Shown one piece after another: positions 57,125-64,000 of a stretch of DNA of 64,000 nucleotides (positions are counted from its first letter, which is position 1; every line of letters starts with the position of its first letter). The notes below the pieces were generated by a model. It was given only the letters and a program-made list of their open reading frames with translations, searched no databases and was not told where the DNA came from. The DNA lies in the NCBI GenBank assembly GCA_963781585.1, contig CAWAGQ010000007.1:96001-160000 (forward strand), in the 5' to 3' direction. The position numbers and the translations under genes are program-made. This DNA is from an uncultured Gemmatimonadaceae bacterium (GTDB lineage Bacteria; Gemmatimonadota; Gemmatimonadetes; Gemmatimonadales; Gemmatimonadaceae).

Positions 57125-59815
57125 ATGTCCGACCCCGCCACCCGCCTGAATGCCGCCCTCGCGGGCCGCTACGAAATCGTCCGCGAGCTCGGTCAGGGCG
57201 GCATGGCCACGGTCTACCTGGCCAGGGACCTGAAGCACAATCGCAACGTCGCGGTGAAGGTGCTCAAGCCCGAACTCGCCGCCGTCGTCGGCGCCGAGCG
57301 TTTCCTCGCGGAAATCGAGACCACGGCGAATCTCCAGCACCCGCACATCCTGCCGCTCTTCGACTCGGGAGCAGCGGACGCCTTCCTATTCTATGTGATG
57401 CCGTATGTCGAGGGCGAGACCCTCGCCGACCGCATCGCGCGCGAGAAGCAGTTGCCCGTCGATGAGGCGCTGGCGATAGCGACATCGGTTGCCAGTGCAC
57501 TGCAGCACGCCCACGACCGTGGCGTGATCCACCGCGACATCAAGCCCGGCAACATCCTGCTCGCCGATGGCCAGCCGATTGTCGCCGACTTCGGCATCGC
57601 CCTCGCCGTCGGCGCGGGGAGCGGTGCGCGGCTGACCGAGACGGGGCTCAGCATGGGCACGCCGTACTACATGAGTCCCGAGCAGGCGATGGGTGACCAG
57701 ACCGTGGGTCCGGCGAGCGACACCTACGCGCTCGCCTGCGTGCTGTTCGAGATGCTCGTTGGCGAACCGCCGTATCCGGGCAAGAGCGCGCAGGCGGTGC
57801 TTGGGAAGATCATCCAGGGCATTCCGGTGTCGGCGACGGCGGCCCGGAAGTCCATCCCGCTCAACGTCGATGGAGCGATCCGGAAGGCGCTCGAGAAGCT
57901 TCCCGCGGACCGTTTCACCGGCGCGCAGAGCTTCGCGAAGGCGCTCGCGGACCCGACGTTTCGCCACGGCGACGCTACGGATGAGGTATCGCACGCGGGC
58001 AGTGTCCGGCTTCGACGAATTGCCATTGCCGGCTGGAGTGCGGCGGCGATCGCCGTCGCGGCGCTGGCATTCGCCTGGATCTCACGTCGGGGGCCCGAGC
58101 CCGTCCGCCGCGTCGAGCGCTTTGCCGTCCCGTTTCTGGCTGGACAGGAGCCGACGCGCACGGGCGTGGCGGGTTTCGCACTGTCTCCCGACGGCAGCAT
58201 GCTCGTGTACCGGCACACGGTGAACGGCCAGCAGATTCTGATGGTTCGTCGCTGGGACGACATCACTGCCACTCCAGTGCGAGAGACCGTGGGTGGGGCT
58301 TTTCCCAGAGTCTCCCCGGACGGGCTCCAGCTCGCGTTGTCCGCCAACGGGGAGGCCAAGGTGCTGGCGTTCTCCGGTGGTCCCGTGCGAACGCTGACCA
58401 GCGGGATAGTTTCGGCCTGGGGTCCGGACGGGTACGTGTACGTCTCGAATGATTCGGGCGCGGTGCGCATTCCTTCGGTGGGCGGAGCCGTGGAGTACGT
58501 GTCGCGCCTCGCGGAAAGCGAAACGCGACACATCGTGTACGATGTCCTCCCCGGGGGAAGGCGAGCACTTCTTGAAGTCGCCCTGGGTGGCGGGTACGAG
58601 ATCCGCGGACTGGATCTCCGCACTGGCCGGATGACGCCGGTCGCGAAGGGGCGCTTCCCGAGATACCTGCCCTCCGGGCACCTCGTGTTCGACACCGGCG
58701 AGGGCACGATGATGGCCGCCCGTTTCGATCCGGTGAAGATGAAGCTGCTCGGCACACCAATAGCCGTGATGGACGGCCTCTCGTTCTGGTCCGTGGCCGA
58801 CGACGGCAAGCTCTTTTACGCCACCGGGTCTGTCGGAGGCAACGCGGGTCCGACGCTGGAGCTCGCCTGGGTGACTCGCGCCGGCCAGGTTACCCCTGTA
58901 GACCCGGGTTGGACGTTCCAGCGAGGATCGAATACCGACCAGGGAATGAGCATCTCCCCCGACGGCTCCAGGGTCGCGGTTCGCGAGTACACCTCCGCCG
59001 GCTACGGCATCTACATCAAGAACCTCGACACGGTGGGACCTCCATCGCGCCTAACGTTCGGGGACAGTACGGCCAAGATGCCCGTGTGGAGTCCCAGCGG
59101 GCGGGAGGTCACCTTTCTCTCGAACAGGGGTGGCAACTTCGACGTCTGGTCCAGGCCAGCCGACGGAACGGGACAGGCAAAGCTGGTCCTCGATCTCAAG
59201 GACGACCTGGCGACGGTTGGCTGGAGCCCGGATGGCAAGTGGCTGCTTCTGCGAACATCCCAGAACCCTGGTTCGAATGACCAGGGTGACATCCTGGCGT
59301 TTCGCCCCGGGGTGGACAGCGTGCCGACGAAGCTCTTTGCCGACAGCGAATACCGGGAGGTCGACCCGGCCGTCTCATCCGACGGTCGCTGGATAGCCTA
59401 CGCGTCCGACGCGACAGGTCGGTACGAGGTGTACGTCACGCCCTTTCCCAACGTGAGTGCTGGTCAGTGGCAGGTGTCGGTCGATGGCGGTCGCGTGCCA
59501 CGTTGGTCTCACAGTGGCCGCGAGCTTTTCTTCCAGAGGAATGGGCAGGGGGGAGCGATGATGGCGGTCGAGGTCAAGCCGGGTACGGCCTTTGCCTGGG
59601 GAGCGCCGAGGGTGCTATTCGACGGCCCCGAGGGCTGGGTGGGGAGCCCCCGGACCAACAATCCGTACGACGTCGCCCGCGACGACCAGCGCTTCCTCAT
59701 CGCGCGGAACGCGCAGGCGTCGGCAGGTGGGTCCGCGGACAGCACCGCCGCGCCGCCCCGCGTCATGCTCGTGAACAACTTCCTCGAGGAGCTCAAGGCG
59801 CGCGTGCCGAAGTGA
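57125..59815 (+). CDS. Ser/Thr protein kinase-TM-TolB-like propeller
   Basis: LGQGGMATVY, VAVKVL, HRDIKPGN, DFG, GTPYYMSPE, a TM helix and WSPDG repeats. GAGGAG SD. Confidence 0.95.
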   Translation: MSDPATRLNAALAGRYEIVRELGQGGMATVYLARDLKHNRNVAVKVLKPELAAVVGAERFLAEIETTANLQHPHILPLFDSGAADAFLFYVMPYVEGETLADRIAREKQLPVDEALAIATSVASALQHAHDRGVIHRDIKPGNILLADGQPIVADFGIALAVGAGSGARLTETGLSMGTPYYMSPEQAMGDQTVGPASDTYALACVLFEMLVGEPPYPGKSAQAVLGKIIQGIPVSATAARKSIPLNVDGAIRKALEKLPADRFTGAQSFAKALADPTFRHGDATDEVSHAGSVRLRRIAIAGWSAAAIAVAALAFAWISRRGPEPVRRVERFAVPFLAGQEPTRTGVAGFALSPDGSMLVYRHTVNGQQILMVRRWDDITATPVRETVGGAFPRVSPDGLQLALSANGEAKVLAFSGGPVRTLTSGIVSAWGPDGYVYVSNDSGAVRIPSVGGAVEYVSRLAESETRHIVYDVLPGGRRALLEVALGGGYEIRGLDLRTGRMTPVAKGRFPRYLPSGHLVFDTGEGTMMAARFDPVKMKLLGTPIAVMDGLSFWSVADDGKLFYATGSVGGNAGPTLELAWVTRAGQVTPVDPGWTFQRGSNTDQGMSISPDGSRVAVREYTSAGYGIYIKNLDTVGPPSRLTFGDSTAKMPVWSPSGREVTFLSNRGGNFDVWSRPADGTGQAKLVLDLKDDLATVGWSPDGKWLLLRTSQNPGSNDQGDILAFRPGVDSVPTKLFADSEYREVDPAVSSDGRWIAYASDATGRYEVYVTPFPNVSAGQWQVSVDGGRVPRWSHSGRELFFQRNGQGGAMMAVEVKPGTAFAWGAPRVLFDGPEGWVGSPRTNNPYDVARDDQRFLIARNAQASAGGSADSTAAPPRVMLVNNFLEELKARVPK

Positions 59816-60042
59816 GGCGACGGAGCGCCGTCGATTCCAGAGTCATCTGGCCGGCGGCGCGATCCGACGCGTTGTCAGGCCATTCGCGACACGCAACCGT
59901 CCGTCGCATCGGTTGAGGAGCGAATCCAAGTCGGAGTCGGATTGGCGGAGGCATCCCAGCGTTGCGGGATCGCAGCCGCCGGCAGCCCTGGCCCTCCCAT
60001 CCGCGGCAAGCAACGTCAGGCGCCGGGATTCCGGGAAGGCGG

Positions 60043-60393
60043 CTACGGCTTCCTGGGAGGCACCTCGTTGCCGATGTCACGCGGCAGCCGCCACGCCCCA
60101 TCGGCGTCCTTCCGCCAAAACACCATGTACCGCCCGGTACCGTCCGGGGAGTCTTGTCGGCCTTGCTCGTCCCCTGAAAGCTGTAGTGGCCGATCTCAAT
60201 GGCGTAGTTGCCGGCAGGGGTCACTTCCTCGGTGATGTCTTCCCGGGCCGTGACGGCGATTGTGTCGAATTGTCCCTGGTACCACTTCGCGATCCCATCG
60301 CGGCCGCGCGTCCAGTCGCCACTCGGCTCTATGGTGGCAGCGTCCTCCGTGTACAACGCAGCGATCCCGGACGCGTTGCCCGCGAGGTACGCG
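60043..60393 (-). pseudogene. SnoaL/DUF4440 (NTF2-like) protein, 5'-truncated and frameshifted
   Basis: AYLAGNASGIAALYTEDA..TRGRDGI..AIEIGHY, a frame change near 60145-60150, then GRYMVFWRKDADGAWRLPRDIGN. Confidence 0.75.
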
Positions 60394-60395
60394 CC

Positions 60396-60629
60396 AGGCG
60401 CTCGAGTTTTCGGCCGAGGCGCTCGCGATCGACGGTGCGTACCTGATCGAGGGCGATGAAAGCGTCGCGTTGTTGAAACCGACAGGGAACGCGCCAAGGA
60501 TATGCATGACCGCCCGTGGTCATCGGTGCGACGATGACGGTGCGCAGATGGCGATTCAATTCGTCGGGCGAGATCACGGCGCACAGTCGGGGCTTACGGA
60601 TCTCACTGCCGCGAGCGGGATCGAGCTGG
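60396..60629 (-). pseudogene. mazF: PemK/MazF toxin, truncated at both ends
   Basis: LDPARGSEIRKPRLCAVISPDELN..TVIVAPMT..LDQVRTVDRERL. Confidence 0.85.
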
Positions 60630-60734
60630 CGGCGCGCGGGCGGCTTCAATGACGATCCGACCCGGGGTCGCGCGCAGTACGACATCCTCGCCCAAGCCGG
60701 CCTGTTCGAGCAGTGGGCGGGGCAGCCGGACGCT
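60630..60734 (-). pseudogene. mazE: MazE/AbrB-type antitoxin internal fragment
   Basis: Frame not in the ORF track reads VRLPRPLLEQAGLGEDVVLRATPGRIVIEAARAP. Confidence 0.75.
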
Positions 60735-60735
60735 G

Positions 60736-61035
60736 TCAGGCAACTCGTCGCCCTTTCTTCAGCTGCACGGTGACGCCGACGCCGAGCCGCGCGAGGAACT
60801 CCACCAGCGTGTCGATCGTGAAGAGCGTCACCCGGCCCCGCACCAGGTCACTCACTCGCGGCTGCGTGATGCCGAGCAGTTTGGCCGCCTGTACCTGCGT
60901 GAGTCCCCGTGCCTTGAGCAGACGCTCGACTTCGATCATGAGGTCCGCGCGAATGAGCAGATGGGCGGCTTCCTCCGGCGGGAAACCCACATCCCGGAAG
61001 ACGTTCCCAGACGACTTGCGAATAGACGCGGCCAT
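60736..61035 (-). CDS. XRE/HTH antitoxin (HigA-like)
   Basis: SSGNVFRDVGF, LTQVQAAKLLGITQPRVSDLVRG, FTIDTL. GGAGG SD. Confidence 0.9.
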   Translation of the reverse strand: MAASIRKSSGNVFRDVGFPPEEAAHLLIRADLMIEVERLLKARGLTQVQAAKLLGITQPRVSDLVRGRVTLFTIDTLVEFLARLGVGVTVQLKKGRRVA

Positions 61036-61057
61036 GTCAGTTCCTCCGGTGTTCGTT

Positions 61058-61399
61058 CTACCTGTTTCCCGACCGGGCGCGCACGACCGTGGCGTAGCGT
61101 GTCCGGCCGAGGTCGAGATCAAATGCCGCGGTCTTCTGCGACTTCTTTTGGAAGGCGTGCAAGACGTACACGGCCTCCGGAAACTTCGCCACGTAGAGTA
61201 CCCGATACGCTCCACCACGCCGGACGCGAATTTCGTTCACGCCCGCACCCAGTTGGGTCATGGGTTTCCAGTCACGTGGCAGACCGCCAGTCTGAACGCG
61301 CCGGAGATCGAACCCGAGTTCATGGCGCACGTCACGCGGCATCGCCCGCAGATCGCGCCGCGATGAACCGACCCAGGAGAGTGGCTTGGCATCCACCAT
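61058..61399 (-). CDS. RelE/ParE-superfamily toxin (HigB/Gp49-like)
   Basis: WVGSSRRDLRAMP, DWKPM..GAGVNEIRV, YRVLYVAKF..VYVLHAFQKKSQKT. The true start may be GTG 61396. Confidence 0.92.
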   Translation of the reverse strand: MVDAKPLSWVGSSRRDLRAMPRDVRHELGFDLRRVQTGGLPRDWKPMTQLGAGVNEIRVRRGGAYRVLYVAKFPEAVYVLHAFQKKSQKTAAFDLDLGRTRYATVVRARSGNR

Positions 61400-61401
61400 G
61401 G

Positions 61402-61430
61402 ACTATACAAGATATCGTATACCTGTGCAA
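61402..61430 (-). promoter_or_regulatory. Promoter TTGCAC-17-TATAGT with palindrome TATAC-N8-GTATA
   Basis: -35 at 61425-61430, -10 at 61402-61407, inverted repeat at 61404-61421. Confidence 0.75.
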
Positions 61431-61488
61431 GCGGCTCTCTGCCGCACCCTTGGTCCGACAGTGCGTACGCAACGCTTCGTCCGGACCT

Positions 61489-61555
61489 GCCTAACGCCTT
61501 GCGCTCAGTGGGCGCCCCGCCCGCACTGGCGGGGTCAGCCAGCAGCGTGTTCTCG
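61489..61555 (-). mobile_element. Degenerate attC-like site (67 bp)
   Basis: Minus strand CGAGAAC A CGCTGCTG ... CCCCGCC/GGCGGGG ... CTGAGCG CAAGGC GTTAGGC. Perfect GTTRRRY. L'' has one extra G relative to L'. The R''-L'' spacer is shortened. Confidence 0.55.
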
Positions 61556-61575
61556 CCTTCCCTGCCCCTGTGGTG

Positions 61576-62733
61576 TTACCGCCGCTCGAGACGCAATACC
61601 GCAACTCCTTCGACATCGTCAGGATCACTCGTGACGCCTACGACAAAATCCCGGCCTGCGTGCGTGGCACGAAAGCGCGGCGGCATGAGGACGCGACCGA
61701 TTGGCCGACCCTGCGTATCGAGAACCAGGTAGCGCGCCGCCGCGGACGGCGTCGCTGCGTATTCCTGCACCCACAGTTCGCCGTCAGGGCCCGCGAGCAG
61801 GCCGGCGAAGTATGGGAGTCGAGACGGCAGGTTTTCGGCGCTGTACTTGAAGTTCACGTAGTCGCCGGTGCGGGGTTGAAGCGCGGGCGGCAGCTCAGCC
61901 TCCCTGGCCGCCGCGACGAGCTGAGGCGAAGGCGCCACGGAGGGAAGTGCAAGCGCGATCTCTCGCCGGTTGGCGCGGGCGTCGAGCCGAACCAGCGAAT
62001 CCGATCCCGATTCGCCGAACCAGAGCACGCCGCCGGAGACCTGTCCACGGTACCACGGCGAGAACGCGGCGGGCCCGGTGGCCCACTTCGACTTGTCCGC
62101 GCCCGGCATGTAGGTGATGCTTGCCATGCTTTCCACCTCGGCGACCCGCTCGATCGATCCGGCGCCGTCGGGTGCGACGAGAGCCACCGTTCCCTTCACA
62201 CGATGCACGCCCCTGGGGGCGTCCCACCCTCCGGGTAAGCCCATGCCCATCGTCGCCACCCACCGGCCGTCGGATAGACGCCCGGTGACCTCGAATCCGG
62301 AACCGGAGCCCGCGGCCATCATCGTCACCATGGTCAGGACGCGAGCCTTCGCTCCGAATTGCACTGTCGTGGCGCGACGTGTCGCAAAATCGTAGATGAT
62401 TGCCGTGTCGGCCGAAACGCCGACCACCGACATGATCTCGAACTCGCCCGGTCCTTTTCCACGCCGACCGAGCGTTTCAACGAGCGTCCCACTGGTATCA
62501 AAGACCCGCAATTCCGAAGTGCCGCCGTTTGCGATGACGACCCTTCCGTTCGGCAATCGCCACGCACCGGCGACGCGGTTGAATTCCGTCGCTGGCGTGC
62601 CATTGTCTTCGAGGGTGAGAATCGGTGTGGTCGCGAGGCGCCAATCCGGGACCTGTGGCTGCGCACTCAGGGCGCTGGCACTGGCGGCCACGAGCAACGG
62701 GAGTGCTATCAGGACTGATCGGCTGCTAATCAT
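61576..62733 (-). CDS. Secreted 6-bladed beta-propeller (NHL-like) protein
   Basis: Signal peptide, ELRVFDTSG..LGRRGKGPGEF, GPDGELWV, YLVLDTQGRPIG, DPDDVEGV. Confidence 0.85.
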   Translation of the reverse strand: MISSRSVLIALPLLVAASASALSAQPQVPDWRLATTPILTLEDNGTPATEFNRVAGAWRLPNGRVVIANGGTSELRVFDTSGTLVETLGRRGKGPGEFEIMSVVGVSADTAIIYDFATRRATTVQFGAKARVLTMVTMMAAGSGSGFEVTGRLSDGRWVATMGMGLPGGWDAPRGVHRVKGTVALVAPDGAGSIERVAEVESMASITYMPGADKSKWATGPAAFSPWYRGQVSGGVLWFGESGSDSLVRLDARANRREIALALPSVAPSPQLVAAAREAELPPALQPRTGDYVNFKYSAENLPSRLPYFAGLLAGPDGELWVQEYAATPSAAARYLVLDTQGRPIGRVLMPPRFRATHAGRDFVVGVTSDPDDVEGVAVLRLERR

Positions 62734-63242
62734 TGACTTGCTCCATGCCGGGCGGGCAGCTGATTCGAGTCACAACCTTCAATCCCGGTGGGCTGTCGTC
62801 CAGAGTCAGGCGCTCCGACGCGTCGACCGCGTCGGTCGACGCGGTTTGACAAGGCGGGCAAGACTGCGGAGCGCCTCATTGACTGCAGCAGAATTTGGGA
62901 ACTGGGCGCCGACACTCGGATTGAGGAGAACCACATTCGTTCCCCTTCGATACCGAGCCACCGTTCGCCCCATCGGCCGCCGGGCCGCACCGAATCTCGA
63001 AAACTGCGCTGGCCCTTCTTAGCCGCTGCGTACGGCTCCGCTCCTCCGAAAACGCAGGTGAGCATCTCGCTCCTCGAAAGCTCTGCCGAGAGCATCCGAC
63101 GTTGTTGCGGCGCTCTCGCTAGCCGCGTTCACTTTCCGGCGACCGCGCATGCACATGCGGTTCGAGTGGCTGTCCCTGCCATCAAGCGCATACTGATGCC
63201 GGTACGCCCATCGAATTGCCGATGTGTCGTGAAAGGATAGCA

Positions 63243-63971
63243 TCACTTCTCGCGACCTCCGAACCAAATCCACGTGATAAGAATGAGCGGTACGCACAGC
63301 ACCAGCCAAGTGAGCAACGCTTGACTGCGATCAACGTAGGCAACGGAGTCATAGATAGTGAAGAGCAAGATGGCTGCGATGCCCCAAAGCATCCAGAGCT
63401 TTCCCGCATGCCAACGTCGAATGCGCGATCGAATGCCGACGCGATACATCTTTGGTTTGCCGGAAGGCTCCCGCGACGCTTGATGAGATTCTGGCATCTT
63501 CGGATGCGGTCGTCCTTCAAGCTCACTCCAACGCCTACGCGCGTACAGGTAATTGGCGATCCACCAGACCGGATTTAGCGATGCAGCAGTGTGGACGATC
63601 CATGCCCAACGTCGGCGACGAATTACATAGTAGCCTGCCGGAGCCCAGATCGCTCCCGCTAGAATCAACGTCAAGACAGTGCTATTGATGCCGTACTCGG
63701 CTCCCGCCAGCCCGGCGACGAAAGCGAGGCTTCCCGCAATGAGACCGCTCGAGCCTTGAAAGTATCCCCACACATATGGGAGCCCCCAGGCTCTGCGAGG
63801 CTTCAGGCGCGCTTCGAGTAGGAGGGCAACGACGATTGAAACCGTCGCGACACCAAGTAGCACCGAGAGCGGCTCCACTCCGGTTGAGAGCGGTCTTTCG
63901 ACGCCCTCGGGGACGCCCGCTTGTATGATGCCCGCAGAAATAGCCATGCTTCGACCAGTACCGGTGCCCAT
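63243..63971 (-). CDS. Hypothetical multi-TM membrane protein
   Basis: Several hydrophobic helices and visibly lower GC than its neighbours. Start uncertain (63971 or 63947). Confidence 0.6.
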   Translation of the reverse strand: MGTGTGRSMAISAGIIQAGVPEGVERPLSTGVEPLSVLLGVATVSIVVALLLEARLKPRRAWGLPYVWGYFQGSSGLIAGSLAFVAGLAGAEYGINSTVLTLILAGAIWAPAGYYVIRRRRWAWIVHTAASLNPVWWIANYLYARRRWSELEGRPHPKMPESHQASREPSGKPKMYRVGIRSRIRRWHAGKLWMLWGIAAILLFTIYDSVAYVDRSQALLTWLVLCVPLILITWIWFGGREK

Positions 63972-64000
63972 ATATCAGCGTCCGGGTGCGGCCACTTCTC

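Noticed and set aside
1..64000. Prophage, IS element, retron/DGR, CRISPR-Cas or restriction-modification system
   Set aside because: No integrase, transposase, reverse transcriptase, Cas, methyltransferase or phage structural motifs recognised in any frame.

Overview
High-GC bacterial window (roughly two-thirds GC by eye, not computed). The gene content points to Gemmatimonadota or a related group (inference): paralogous Ser/Thr kinase-TolB-like propeller fusions, a membrane-anchored SARP/BTAD regulator, duplicated orphan MacB-type permeases (ADOP) with PadR partners, an Oar-like TonB-dependent receptor and many secreted hydrolases. It is an accessory patchwork with about 40 intact CDS, three intact toxin-antitoxin-type pairs and about ten truncated gene remnants. 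I found no transposase, integrase, rRNA, tRNA or CRISPR array. The most interesting signals are non-coding. (1) Eroded integron attC-like sites flank the ASCH gene, the DUF4160/DUF2442 pair and the higBA-like pair, with no integrase in the window. (2) A transmembrane SARP regulator has two arrays of 11-bp-phased CTCA repeats, placed to activate a divergent propeller lipoprotein and to repress its own gene. (3) A palindrome (A)CTTTG-N5-(C/T)AAAG sits upstream of three unlinked membrane-protein genes. (4) Tandem palindromic boxes precede a PadR-ADOP operon, several promoters look leaderless, and Arg-Gly-rich inserts recur in unrelated secreted proteins. Family names come from motif recognition, not database searches. 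Many starts were moved from the ORF track to the most plausible codon.
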